NCBI GenBank assembly: GCA_951406725.2
Contig: OX597814.1
Location: forward strand, 25,544,001 to 25,608,000
DNA length: 64,000 bases
Direction: 5' to 3'
DNA from: Octopus vulgaris
Lineage: Eukaryota
The translations under genes and the position numbers were made by a program. Below the pieces are notes generated by a model, which was not told the origin of the DNA, made no database searches, and saw nothing but the letters and a program-made list of their open reading frames with translations. Shown one piece after another: positions 1-13,349 of the stretch. Each line of letters begins with the position of its first letter. Within the stretch, counting starts at the first letter, position 1.

Positions 1-547
1 ATTTACAGGTCAGTTCTTAATTAAAAAATGGAAATTTTTTTGCAATTTGATATTATTAGATATTTCTTGATTCCTAAGAAAACAACCATTGTGATTATGC
101 AGCTGTAATAGCCTGGCAATGAATGTATCTCCATTCTGATTGAAGGATTATAATCTTATAATAAAAATTAAAAATATGGTAATATTGAAATATTTATTTC
201 TGTTTTACAGGCGCTAAACTCTACAGTATTCAAAGAATGAGAAATAGGTTGTAATATTCATACTTTATAGAATAGTACTTGTAGTGAACTTCCAACTTTC
301 TTTATCATCTATGCCATATGATATTGAAATGTCAAGGTGATTTGCAACCATGAGACATAAAATAACGACTACATGAAGCATAGAAATAATAAAACTACAC
401 TGAAACAACAACATAATAGAGACAAAATAAACTGTATATTCACATTAATACATAGCAGTTAGTATTTAATCGTACACTTCTACCATTACAATACATTTCA
501 TATTGCTGAATTACTTTAAATAAAACACCACAAAAACTAAAGGAAAA

Positions 548-593
<46 letters not shown>

Positions 594-610
594 TATATAC
601 ATATATATAT

Positions 611-670
<60 letters not shown>

Positions 671-675
<5 letters not shown>

Positions 676-1192
676 GGATACAATGTGTAAATTGTCTCCA
701 TTTTTCATTTTTAATTTCATGTATGTGCATTGTTTGTTTTTGATTTTGTCGACTACATAGTATAGTAGGGTCAGTTGGGCACTGGCTGTGAGACAAACAG
801 TACCATGGCACAATTCACTCTGCCAGAAATTTGGAAACAACATGCCGTACTGCTTGGCATTCATGCCAGAAGCTCCAATACGAACAGTTCAGAGTGTTTG
901 CATGCCAATCTGAGTACAGTGCAATCTAAGGACATGTACTGAGAGAGAGATAAAAATTAAACATCCAGTCAATATCATGATGTTTGGAGGGATCACTGGT
1001 GATGGCAATGTTATGCCTCCATTCATTTTCCCACATGGCCTCAAACTCAACATGGAGGCCAGCATCAAGTGCCTGGAGGAGGTAGTGCTACCCTAGGTTA
1101 AGAGAGTGGCTGCTTGCAGACCCAATGTCTGGCCAGACTGCAACCCCCTTGATTATTATGTGTGGGGCACAGTTGAGTGAGAGACCAATTAT
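671..1192 (+). mobile_element. Tc1/mariner (maT/DD37D-like) relic, internally deleted
   Basis: KHPVNIMMFGGITGDGNVMPPFIFPHGLKLN...PDCNPLDYYVWG; TACAGG-type terminus after an (AT)n tract. Confidence 0.8.
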
Positions 1193-1194
1193 GT

Positions 1195-2430
1195 GACACC
1201 AACAACCACCATGACTATGATTTCGCTTGGCTTGATGAATCTTCTCAAACACAGCACATTACCAAAGGTCTCAGTCATTTTTCATAGCCTCTGTGTGCCA
1301 ACTATTTGAAAATCATGCTTCACCACCTCATCCCATAGCTTCCTGGGTCTACCTCTTCCACAAGTTCCCTCCACAATTAGACATTGGAACTTCTTTATAC
1401 AGCTGTCTTCATCCATACACATCACATGGCCATACCAGCGCAGTTGTCTCCCTTGCACACCACATCTGATGCCTCTTATACCCAGCTTTTCTCTCAAAGT
1501 GCTTACACTCTGTCAAACATGCACATTGACATTGCACATATATAGAAGCATACCAACTTCATTCCTTTGAAATCTACTCATGTACTCAGTGATCACAACC
1601 CATGTTTTACTACTGCATAGCATGGCTGTTTGCACACAGGCATCATACAATTGGCCTTTCACTCTGTGGGAGAGGCCCTTAGTTACCAACAGAAGTAGGA
1701 GCTCTCTGGACTTTGTCCAGCCTATTCTTATTCTAGCAGCAATGCTCTCAGAGCATCCTCCTCCGCTGCTGACTTGGTCACTTAGATAACAAATGCTATC
1801 AACATATACATCTAGGTATCCCCACTGGCATTTGATGAAGTCTATTTTCTGTACATTTGCAGTGTTTATTGTACCTGTGCACCTGCCACACAGATTATTT
1901 TCTCTGTTAATCTTCCTCTGATTTGCTGCACCTCTTGTGTGTCCTTGGCTTGCACCAGGTACATCTTATGGAGTTTCAACTTACATTTTTCTACCTATGA
2001 AGCTGGGCTGTCTATCTGAAAGGATTTGTGATTTGTCCTCTTTCCTACATACTAAGACTTTGGTTTTTGCTAAATTAACTCACCTTATGGTCAACATCTC
2101 TGTACATGGCATGTACAGCTCTCACCAACCACTCACCTATCTCACATTGACCTCCAGATAAGGGAGCACGGGACTCTGTTGAGGGCTTTCTCCATGCCAA
2201 TAAAAGCCAAATACAGAGGTTTATTTTTGGCTAGGTACATCACCTGCCTTACCAGAAACACAGCACCATACAGCACCAGTGGTGCTTCTCCTTGGCACAA
2301 AACCAAATTGCATCTCTTCTAGACTAACTCTCTTCCTAATTAGTCGAGCTATGACACTATCTGTAACTTTCATTGCCTGATCCAACAATTCGATATCTCT
2401 TTAAATTTTTCTGTCTGAGGCATCACCTTA
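1195..2430 (-). mobile_element. RTE-clade LINE 3' fragment
   Basis: LRWYGHV...GRGRPRKLW C-terminus; similar to 23760-26432. Confidence 0.85.
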
Positions 2431-4100
2431 GACAGACTAAAGACATGCAAATATATCAAATATATGTTTCTTTGTTGGTTGACAACCCTTTAAGAATGGC
2501 ATTAGCACATCTAGCTTCATGAACTTTATACTCCTTGACATACATTATGTACTATTTAACAGCTACATAAATCCTTGGATATTCAATTAATCTTCACTAT
2601 ATACATATACTGGACTCACTCATGAACACCACACTCTTCTTCACACTTTCCTTTCTTCATTAGTCCTCTCCTTCCTTCATTCTTTCCATCTTTTCTTCTC
2701 CCCTTCCCACTTTCACATTTTCCTTCCTTCTCTCTTTCTCCCCATCTATTCACTTTCTCTTTTGCTTTCTGTCTCACCCTACATATTCTAACTGTGACTC
2801 AGTTTATATTTCCAATTCTGGTCCTTCTATCCCACTCCCTTACTGTCATTTTACTTTAGACATTGCTGATATGGTAGCATTTTCCCTTTTCTCTTGCATC
2901 ATTTTTTTCTTTTTCTTTCTTCCAATAACACGAAACATTAGGTTCTCTTCTGTTTCTCCTTTTGCACATATATTTTGATTGTGCATGCCTTCCATTATTG
3001 ATGTTTCACTTCATATTTCAAGTCCCTTTCAACCACTTGATTCCCTTCTAACTTCATTTAGTGTTTGTTTCTTGCCTTCCTCATTATCTTAGTTCTTTCA
3101 TTTTATGTGACTTTTATCTATCTTTTTATCTACCTGTCTTCCTATCTATCAATATATGCACCTATTTATTATTATGTGTATATATCAATGTGGATGCATG
3201 CATGCGTGTATTATTCACTGTGAAGCTACAATAGCAACACAAAGGTAGGCCAAGTGTTTTGCATTAAACTTTGACAATTTCTTTTGTATGAGTCTTTAGG
3301 GGTTCCTTGAGTCACTCATATTGCTTCATGACTAAAAAGATGTTATACATACTCTGACTTATGCATTGAGTTCTTTTTCTGCCATTCAAAAAATCTTATA
3401 TGAATGTGTATGCACATACATACATGGAAGATGGACCTTATGTGATGATATATGTGTGTGTGCATGTATATGTATGTGTGTGTATCACATGTATATATAT
3501 CATATACCTTATATCGTATATATATATAAAACATATGTATACATATATATGTTCTCACACATATACACATACACACACATATACACACACAAACACACAC
3601 ATATACACACACAATCATACACACATGCACACACATATATATATATATGTACACATGCAATGCAATAAAGTTTATATATATTGGAAATAAATTTCAAGAA
3701 AACAATATGATGTTGTCAAACTATGGATGTCGAGAAAGCAATAATATTTAAAATGACATTTAGTTAACAAGTCTGTCAGATGAATCATTATTATTCAAGA
3801 TATTTTAGAGACAAAAGCAAGCTAGGGATGTTATGAATTATAATATGAAGCAGATTTTATTAACAATGATCAGTTGTTATGTTAATATTCAGAAAATTTA
3901 GGAGAAACAATAACAATACCTGACAATATTATCTACTGAAAAGTTTTACTTGAAGTAATGCACATGCATGCACACATACAAGCACATAGAGATATCTATA
4001 TGTATGTATATAAATCATGCATATATTCAAAAGGAACTCCACTAAAGGATTATGCTTGACATATTCATGTTGTGAAACAAATTTTTTACAAATAAAATAC

Positions 4101-4152
4101 CTGCAGATAACCTTTCATCCTTGTACATAATTTCAAGTATCATATTGAGCTT
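4101..4152 (-). other. Candidate 52-nt exon
   Basis: Acceptor ttccttcctcatacttag| and donor CAG|GTATTT. Open frame KLNMILEIMYKDERLSA; identity unknown. Confidence 0.25.
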
Positions 4153-4235
4153 CTAAGTATGAGGAAGGAATAAATTCAGCTAATTATTTATAACAATAAT
4201 AACAACAACAGCAGTACCAACAACAATTATTATCA

Positions 4236-4305
<70 letters not shown>

Positions 4306-4319
4306 CATTATTCTTTTAA

Positions 4320-4815
4320 CTGAAATTTTGGTGAAAATCCTGGGGTATGGGGTTTTCTATCTGCAGCCTGTAGCACCATGCCATCTGTTCTCTTCAACTA
4401 TCTAACATCTTCCTGATGATTCTGTCTGAGCCAAGGAGGCAAACTTTTTGCAACAGTTCTAACAGCACTCTATTCCATCTCCTTTACATTCCTTGTGATG
4501 ACTTCTGATACTGTCCATTGGGGCCCAACAATAATTGACACTATTTTCACCTTCTTCATTTACCACAGTTGAGCTATCTTATAGTAAAAAGGATTGTACA
4601 CATCTATTTTTACGCCTTCCTTTTTAACTATTTGTGGATCAAATGGGTACACAACATCAATTATAGAGCACGTATGATTTACCTTGTCCATCACCTCTAG
4701 GTCTGGCTTGCTGTGCTCTGCTCAAGCACCTGGTTTGTTTAGATTGGAAAATCCCACAGAATTTTGCAAGTTTCTGACTTGCTCTAACCCCTACTTTTCA
4801 CACAGTTTCTGTATA
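4320..4815 (-). mobile_element. R4/Dong-like non-LTR retrotransposon 3' end (RLE domain)
   Basis: ILWDF..., LLQKVCLLGSDRIIRKML; abuts (ATT)n. Confidence 0.75.
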
Positions 4816-6299
4816 TTGATTTTTGGTTTTGCAATTGATATCTCTTCTATAAGGTCTGAAGTATAAAAAAAAACATGATACAGCTTGAGGAATTCAGCAC
4901 CTACCCACTAACTGAATCCTGTAATACCTGTTAATTGTATATTTAGGACATTGTCTTAGAGATTATAACTTCTGTCACAACTTTAGCTGTGTAAATTTGT
5001 TTTTTAAGCATTTTATCTTTATTTTTATTTTATTCGTTGACTAGTTGTTTCATTTTGCTGTTATTGTTATAAGAATTACAAAATATTTTTATGTCTGCCC
5101 TTCGATTTTGGTCTTTGTTACTGACTACTGGTTATAAATATGTTAGTCTTTACATTGTGTGTTCAAACATTTGAACCGTTTGGATTGATAAAATAAAGAA
5201 TTTGTCAAATACCAGGGTCAATGTAACTGACCTGTTCCTTTCCATCAAAACTGCTAACCTTAGACCCCGCAACACACCAGCATCCTGTTCAGGGGGAAAA
5301 GTTACAATCTTAGTCACTCACACATCATGGAAATTGGGTTGCCAGCCTTATGAGTTCTAGAGCCCAAGAACATTTTTAAAAAATATATAAACTGAATTAA
5401 AATGGGAAAAAAGTTAATTCAATTCTCCTTTTTAGTGTAAAATGTATGAGCTATAACTATATGCAATGATGTTCCATGGTTGTAAAATTCAAGCAGAAAC
5501 TGGTGTGGAATGAGGTAAATATGATAAACTGGTGGTGGCAAGCTAACATATATCAAAAATAAAGCAGTAAATTATCTCAGAAAATAACTGAGCATTAAAA
5601 CAAATCAGATGTTATATACAGACTTGACAGTTGTGCTAGCATAAACTTTTAATGGACAAGATATATTGTGTAGGAGATGCTAAGAGATGGCAGTGAAGAG
5701 CCTCTATAACAGATGCAAAACAGCAATAAAGGAGGAAGAGGTATGGAATTTTGATCAGAGGATATTTTCATTGGTGAGGTGATGTTGTATTGCAATGAAA
5801 TGTTGTATCATATCTAATCAGTTAACAGTATGGTGGCTATTACATCATTCCTGACCAACTAGAAATAGCAGACAAATCTCCCTCAAGTCTCACCATACTC
5901 TATCAGGGCCTGCTTGGAGCTAAACAACAGCAATGATTTCTCTGCTTAGTTTGACCAGAAACAGCAAACAAATCTTCTTCAAATCATATACAATTATCTT
6001 TCAAGTATGAATTTGGTAATTACATAATACTAAATACACTATGGTTGAAAGAAAAGTAAGAGAGGTTTAGCGTTGCTGGGATATAGCTACATTTTCTCAG
6101 TCAGGGTGACCTGGGGTTAAACAATAATAAACGATGATGATAAGGATGATGATGTTTATAATCATTATGATCATTAATAACTGCTCTTCTTTTTCTGGTA
6201 TATCTATATAAAAACATAATGTATATTTATGCGTTTTGTATTTTCAGAAAGAATACAAAAACTGGATAGAGAGAAAGCATTTTTACTTATACATAATCT

Positions 6300-6540
6300 T
6301 ATTTAATACAGTTCTATATTTAAGAGATGAGGAATTATGTACATTATTTACATTATTTACATTTGACAGATGTTTGTCCTCATTTTGTTTGTTGTTAACA
6401 CAAAGTTTCTGCTGATATACCCTCCAGCCTTCATCAGGTGTTTTGGGGAAATTTTGAACCTGGGTTCTCATTCCTAAGGTATTTTTCAATGTTGTTATTG
6501 TTATTATTGTTATTGTTATTGTTTTAATACAACAAAAACA
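6300..6540 (-). mobile_element. Penelope-like terminal repeat with hammerhead motif
   Basis: Reverse complement of about 7870-8046; CTGATGA..GAAAC at 6397-6443. Confidence 0.7.
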
Positions 6541-6586
6541 TATATTATTATTATTATTATTATTATGATTATTATTATTATTATCA

Positions 6587-7160
6587 TTGAGTGAGAGAGC
6601 AGTGCATGCCATCGAAGTGACACTGGGGTAAAATATACCCATCATGACTACCCGTCTGATAAGGGTACACCAGGCACATGCATCACAGCCATATGTACAT
6701 GACATGGTGATCTCATATCAAGATAAACAGTGCATGACCTTGCAGGTGTGGCCCAGTTAGAATTTTCTTCTGGTCGAGTAGCCCATCCCGCTCAAAAGGT
6801 CCCGGAATAAGGATTGTTTAAGGATGTTGAATGAAACACCCATGTTTCCAGAGGTGAATTATTCAAACCCCAAAGGATCCCTCTGAACACATGGCTATGA
6901 TGCTCCCCCACTACTTCTGCTCGTGATCAGAGATGCACATATCATCAGCCACTAAGGGACATGCTCAACTGGTTAAGATCAAACAACTGACAAGCAAATC
7001 TGTGGTATTGAGCAGAATATTTGCTGCAGCCAATCTTTTATACCAAGACAAAACAATGTACATAATAACACTTCCAATCAGTTAAGATTAGCAGACATGA
7101 GAGCCACTGCCTGGTACTGCATCAGGGCAAAGCCACTGCCTGGTACTGCATCAGGGCAAC
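6587..7160 (-). mobile_element. (ATT)n-embedded repeat family E, copy 1 (short copy at 7194-7251)
   Basis: Near-identical to 9533-10045 and 10304-10720. Fixed left end with variable right end suggests 5'-truncated retroelement 3' ends. Confidence 0.75.
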
Positions 7161-7195
<35 letters not shown>

Positions 7196-7251
7196 GAGTG
7201 AGAGAGCAGTTCACGCCATCAAAGTGACACTGGGGTAAAATATATGAAGCC

Positions 7252-7287
<36 letters not shown>

Positions 7288-7289
7288 CA

Positions 7290-8046
7290 TTATTCAGGTC
7301 ACTGCCTGGAATCGAACTCGGAATCTTGGGGTTAATAGCCTGCACTCTCAACCACTATACCATATGCTCTCTGAAAAGATACAAAAGATATGTGGCCCAT
7401 ATGATATGAGGACAGTATTCACCAATAGAAGAGAATATGACCAAAAACTGCATGTACTCCATCCCAATCAGTTGTGGTAGGTTATACAAAAGCAAAACAT
7501 GCCGCCCCCTCAAAATAAGGGCAGAGGAACATCGCAAAGCTGTGACATGAGATGTTGATAAATGATCATGTATGGAAAAATGGAGACCACCTCTCCCTGT
7601 GGAATGAAGTTAAAATAATAGACAGAGAACACCACTGGAAAATAGGAAAACTAAAAGAAGCAGCACATATGCTACGACAAAACAACCTCCTAAGCAGAGT
7701 GCAGATATGAATAGTATATTGGAACCAGTACTATGGAAGGATAAGAAAATATTAGATTCACAAGCCCTAAAATTCACTCCATAATTGCCCAATGGCATAA
7801 GGCGTAGTGGTTAAGAGCTCAGGCTACTAAGCCCAAGATTCCAAGTTCGAATCCAGGCAGTGACCTGAATAAAAATAATGATAACATTGAAAGATACCTT
7901 AGGAATACGAACCCAGGTTCGAAATTTCGCCCAAGACACTTGATGAAGGCCAGAGGGTATATCAGCCGAAATGTTGTGTTAACAACAAACAAGATGAGGA
8001 CAAATGTCTGTCAAATGTAAATAATATAAATAGTATAAATAATGTA
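7290..8046 (+). mobile_element. Penelope-like element 3' part (GIY-YIG) with inverted terminal segment
   Basis: LSEKIQKICGPYDMRTVF and CGRLYKSKTCRPLKIRAEEHRKAV; 7291-7367 is an inverted copy of about 7795-7870. Confidence 0.8.
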
Positions 8047-8439
8047 AAATCTTATTTATTTCATTTTTGTTATATTTGTTGTACCTTTTGCTTAGTCTTA
8101 AATGTTAGTTATTAGACTGATTCAAATGCAAAGAAGCCAAATAACTTATATTAAACTACTTGGAAGATAACAAGTAAGTAGCAATTTATTAATAAATTCA
8201 AATTCAATCAGGAAATAACAATATTACAACAGATTTTTTATTTCTTTCTACTATTTCAATATTAATAAAATTTAAATAAATCAAGAAAGAAAAGAATTAT
8301 TCTTTTGAACTAAATTAGAGTTAGGTTATAATTATGACTATTATTGTTGTTCTTGTTAAACTTGGCAATATATCCACTAGCATAAAATTTCATGAAGATC
8401 AAATAACAAATTATCTCATTTTAATACAACAAAAACATA

Positions 8440-8499
<60 letters not shown>

Positions 8500-8754
8500 C
8501 ATCATCACAATTAGATGCAGGTGTGGCTGTGCGGAGAAGACGTTTACTTTCCACCCACATGGTTTTGTGTTTAGTCTCACTGATGGCTTTACATTCTGAG
8601 TTCAAATTCCACCATGGTCAACTTTGGCTTTCATCCTTTCAGGGTCAATAAAATAAGTACCAGTTGAGTAACAGGGTCAATATAATTGACTATCCCCTTT
8701 TCAAAAATTTCAGGCCTTGTGCCTATAGTAGAAAGGATTATTATTATTATTATT

Positions 8755-9234
8755 TGGGATTTGCTCAGGTTCAGTCTTACTACCTGTAACCTTAGGTGTC
8801 TACAAGTATTCAGCAGTTTTTCAAGTGATTAGAACCCTCCTGATAATCCTTGCTATACCTAAGAGACAAACTTTCTGAAGGACCTCTGCCAGGCATTTTA
8901 TTTCAATCTCCTTCAGCCATTTGTCTATATCTTGGCTTACTGTTCCCAATGCACCAATTACTGTTCGCATGGTCTAAATTCTTCCTATTTCAAATTTTAA
9001 GAGATTGTATATTTTTTGTTTTTCTTCCTCTTTTTCTTTTATTCTTTTATTTGTTTCAGTCATTTGACTGCAGCCATGCTGAAGCACCACCTTTAGTCAA
9101 ACAAATCGACCTCAGTACTTATTCTTTGTAAGCCTAGTACTTATTCTATCAGTCTCTTCGGCTGAACTGCTAAGTTGCTGGGATGTAAACACACCAACAT
9201 CAGTTGTCAATCGATTGTGGGAGTACAAACACAG

Positions 9235-9283
<49 letters not shown>

Positions 9284-9520
9284 CAATGGTTTTAGTCTAC
9301 CAAATCCACTCACAAGGCTTTGGTCAGCCCGAGGCTATAGCAGAAAATACTCGCCCAAGGTGCCATGCTGTGGGACTGAACCTGGAACCATGTGGCTTGT
9401 AAGCAAGCTAGATCCTGGAATCAAATAGGCATGATGTGTCAATAAGTAAGCAACTTCGCTTTCCTTATCTGTAATCATTATACTTAGTCTATTATTTTCT
9501 AATTTCTTGTCTGTTTGAAT
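8755..9520 (-). mobile_element. R4/Dong-like RLE remnant interrupted by a SINE
   Basis: VIGALGTV...LQKVCLLGIARIIRRVL at 8790-8975; QTDKKLENNR at about 9480-9515. Confidence 0.7.
9040..9411 (-). mobile_element. SINE family A
   Basis: Matches 12765-13150 in reverse; internal (CA)/(TA) tract. Confidence 0.85.
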
Positions 9521-9532
9521 TATTATTATTGA

Positions 9533-10042
9533 TTGAGAGAGCAGTGCATGCCATCAAAGTGACACTGGGGTAAAATATACAAAGCCTAGTATACTCATCA
9601 TGACTACCTGTCTGATAAGGGTACAATAGGCACATGCATCACAACCATATGTGCGCGACATGGTGATCTCATATCAAGATAAACAGCACATGACCTTGCA
9701 GGGGTGGCCCAGTTAGAATTTTCTTCAGGTTGAGTAACCCATCCTGCTCAAACGGTCCCTGAATAAGGGTTGTTTAAGGATGTTGAACGAGTCACCCATG
9801 TTTCCAGAGGTGAATTATTCAAACCCCAAAGAATCCCTCTCAACACATGGCTATGATGCTCCCCCACTACTTCTGCTCATGATCAGAGATACACATATCG
9901 TCAGCCACTAAGAGACATGCTCAACTGGTTAAGGTCAAACAACTGACAAGCAAATCTGTGGTATTGAGCAGAATATTTGCTGTAGCCCGTTTTTTAAACC
10001 AAGACAAAACAATGTACATAATAACACTTCCAATCAGTTAAG

Positions 10043-10045
<3 letters not shown>
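9533..10045 (-). mobile_element. Repeat family E, copy 2
   Basis: High identity to 6587-7090; flanked by ATT repeats. Confidence 0.75.
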
Positions 10046-10074
<29 letters not shown>

Positions 10075-10076
10075 CA

Positions 10077-10290
10077 AGGTGGTGAGCTGGCAGAATTATT
10101 AGTACATTGGGTGAAATGCTTTGAGGTATTTCATCCGTCATCATGTTCTGAGTTCAAATTCTGCCAAGGTTGATTTTACATTTCATGCTTTCAGGGTTGT
10201 TAAAATAAGTACAAGCTGAGCATTGGGGTTGATGTAATTGACTATCCTACTCCTCCAAATTTCGGGTTTATGGCTATAGTAAAAAGGGTT
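10077..10290 (+). mobile_element. SINE family B (diverged)
   Basis: GAGCTGGCAGAA..GAGTTCAAATTC..AATAAGTAC motifs shared with 28615 and 56320. Confidence 0.75.
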
Positions 10291-10303
10291 ATTATTATCA
10301 TTA

Positions 10304-10720
10304 TTGAGTGAGAGAGCAGTTCATGCCATCAAAGTGACACTGGGGTAAAATATACGAAGCCCAATATACCCATCATGATTACCCGTCTGATAAAGGTACA
10401 CCAGGCACATGCATCACAACCATATGTGCGCGACATGGTGATCTCATATCAAGATAAACAGCACATGACTTTGCAGGTGGGGCCCAGTTAGAATTTTCTT
10501 CAGGTTGAGTAGCCCATCCCGCTCAAACGGTCCCTGAATAAGGGTTGTTTAAGGATGTTGAAAGAACCACCCATGTTTCCAGAGGTGAACTATTCAAACC
10601 CCAAAGAATCCCTCTGAACACATGGCTATGATGCTCCCCCACTACTTCTGCTCGTGATCAGAGATGCACATATCATCAGCCACTAAGGGACATGCTCAAC
10701 TGGTTAAGGTCAAACAACTG
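10304..10720 (-). mobile_element. Repeat family E, copy 3
   Basis: High identity to 6587-6990; flanked by ATT repeats. Confidence 0.75.
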
Positions 10721-10741
10721 TTATTATTATTATTATTATTA

Positions 10742-10776
<35 letters not shown>

Positions 10777-10814
10777 TCCATTTTGATTTTCAGAACTCTT
10801 GATTTTACTTGCTC

Positions 10815-10935
10815 CAGTTAATTCTGTGAGAGCAGACAGTAACCTGTTGTCAAAGGTCTCACAGAGTCACTCTCCACAATACTTAACATCCAAGTATCAA
10901 TCTCAAAACCTTTGCTGTCCCCAATATTGTAGGTT
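10815..10935 (-). mobile_element. R4/Dong-like extreme C-terminus
   Basis: ILGTAKVLRLIL motif between trinucleotide tracts. Confidence 0.5.
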
Positions 10936-10936
10936 T

Positions 10937-10955
10937 ATCATCATCATATCATCAT

Positions 10956-11038
<83 letters not shown>

Positions 11039-11040
11039 GC

Positions 11041-11082
<42 letters not shown>
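10937..11082. repeat. Compound microsatellite (ATC)n(AGC)n(AGT)n
   Basis: Seen directly. Confidence 0.95.
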
Positions 11083-11083
<1 letters not shown>

Positions 11084-11960
11084 CCCCCTTATTACTGGCA
11101 TTCCTAGTTTTTTTGAAATATTAACATACTTCAAAAAAAAGTGAAGTTTGTATTCTTGCTGTTATTGTGAGTTATTCGATATTAAAATAATGAACTTGTT
11201 AATTTGTATAAGAAAGTTGATTGATAGAAAACTGAAAACTGGAAACTCATTAAAAAAAAAGAAATCATTCGATGGTAATGGAGTGATACTATATTGCATA
11301 TTAAACAGATAGATGTATGCGAGTATTAGACTTGACCCTTCTACTACAGATTGGGAAAATGATGGAGGAGAAGAATGAGAAGAAGCATGACAAGAATGAG
11401 AATGAAGGAGATTTTAATGATAGTGTCTCATATGAGTGGTTAGTTTTATGCATAATCAAGTAAAGATATGTCAGTTATGCAACTGTTTCTATTGTGAGAC
11501 ATTCCTCTCATCAATTACCAACTAAAAGTCAAAAAAACTTTTGGCTTCTTCTCACTTCATCTATGTTGAGTTATGACAATGCATTTACCTTTTCTGCTGC
11601 TTTCAGTCACTGGGGTGTATCTATGTTTGCATATTTTTATCTTTGTTTAGGTTGTAGGGTATTAAATCAACCCCAGCTTCTATCTTAGCAATCTCAGAAA
11701 AATATAAGTTAAATTGTCCCTAGGCAGGAATTGAACTCAAAACATAAAGGAGCACAATCAGAAACCACAAAATATTCTGTCCAGTTTCCTATTGATTCTG
11801 TCAATCACCCTCTATGTTGAGCAGTAGACTGGAGCAGAGCCTAGACTATAGTAAGTAAAAAACAAAAACTCATTTATCTACAATGCAAAACGGTAATATT
11901 GAACCCAGGGTTGCAAAGCAAAACTGCTTAACCACTTGGTCATAACTGTGGAAGTTCATT

Positions 11961-12013
<53 letters not shown>

Positions 12014-12264
12014 TGTAATGTATGTGTGTCTGTTATCTAAGAACAGAAAATGGAGAAAACTTTTGATCAACAAACAAATTGACCAACATCGGTTAATTAT
12101 TCTTAATACAAAACTTTAACATTGCTTCCAGCCATTTCAGCTACCAATGTCAGACGATATACATATTATATGTACAGCCACTCCTCCTTCTACCCCTCCC
12201 CTGCACACATATCAATCTTCACCACCCACACCTATGCACAACCCCACAGTTCTAGAGACTAGCA

Positions 12265-12313
<49 letters not shown>

Positions 12314-12399
12314 ATGCATAAATGTGTGAGGTGATGTATATATTTATAAATGTATCTATATAGTTGGTGTTAGGAAGGGCCATCAGCCATAAATGCTAA

Positions 12400-12760
12400 T
12401 ATGAAAGAGGAATTGAAGGTTGGACAAACAACCAGAACTCAACAGTTGAATTGGTGGGGTTGCGACCTGGAATTAATTATCCAGGCCACCCAATTAGATC
12501 TAAATGAGGTCCCTGAAAGTATAGAAGTACTAGATGAAACAAAACTGACAGTAACAGTGGAAGGTAGACCTTCCACCTGCTACTGTTGTGGCCAGAAGGG
12601 GCAAATAAAAAAGAAGCACCCCAAAAATGTACAAGAAGAGAAGTGGGATGCAGCCGAGAACTGGATAGAACCTACCGAAAGAAGTAGAAAAAAATTCTGT
12701 GTATAAAAGGAAAATTTGTGAATCGAGTAGAAAGAAAAATTTTGTTCTTGTAGAAGTAAA
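12400..12760 (+). mobile_element. L1/Tx1-like ORF1 (gag knuckle) fragment
   Basis: VTVEGRPSTCYCCGQKGQIKKKHP is a degenerate CX2CX4HX4C knuckle. Confidence 0.6.
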
Positions 12761-12764
12761 ACCA

Positions 12765-13150
12765 AGAGTGGCTGTGTGGTAAGTAGTTTGCTTACCAACC
12801 ACATGGTTCCGGGTTCAGTCCCACTGCATGGCACCTCGGGCAAGTGTCTTCTGCTATAGCCTCAGGCAAACCAAAGCCTTGTGAGTGGATTTGGTAGATG
12901 GAAACTGAAAGAAGCCCGTCGTATATATGTATGTATATATATATGTTTGTGTGTCTGTGTTTGTCCCCCTAGCATTGCTTGACAACCGATGCTGGTATGT
13001 TTATGTCCCTGTCACTTAGTGGTTCGGCAAAAGAGACCAATAGAATAAGTACTGGGCTTACAAAGAATAAGTTCCGGGGTCGATTTGTTCGACTAAAGGC
13101 GGTGCTCCAGCATGGCCGCAGTCAAATGACTGAAACAAGTAAAAGAGTAT
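12765..13150 (+). mobile_element. SINE family A, near full length
   Basis: tRNA-like head (TGGCTGTGTGG, GGTTCAGTCCC), internal microsatellite, AAAAGAGT tail. Confidence 0.9.
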
Positions 13151-13349
13151 ACCTAGAATATATCATTAGTCAGCATGTTCTGAGACTAAGGATCCTTTTG
13201 GACTCTACTCTGTCTCTGCTTGTTGGTCAGAGTGTGCTAGGTGCATTTTATATGGCATTTACATAAGTGAGATTGCTTAGTATGAGGATCTTCATTGTTG
13301 TATGTTGTTTTCTTTACATGATCAAACAATTCTCATTCAAATGGAAATG

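Noticed and set aside
440-864. ORFs rich in YI, CV, HT, or poly-I/L/N/K/D runs, here and throughout the window
   Set aside because: They are translations of di-, tri- and tetranucleotide microsatellites.
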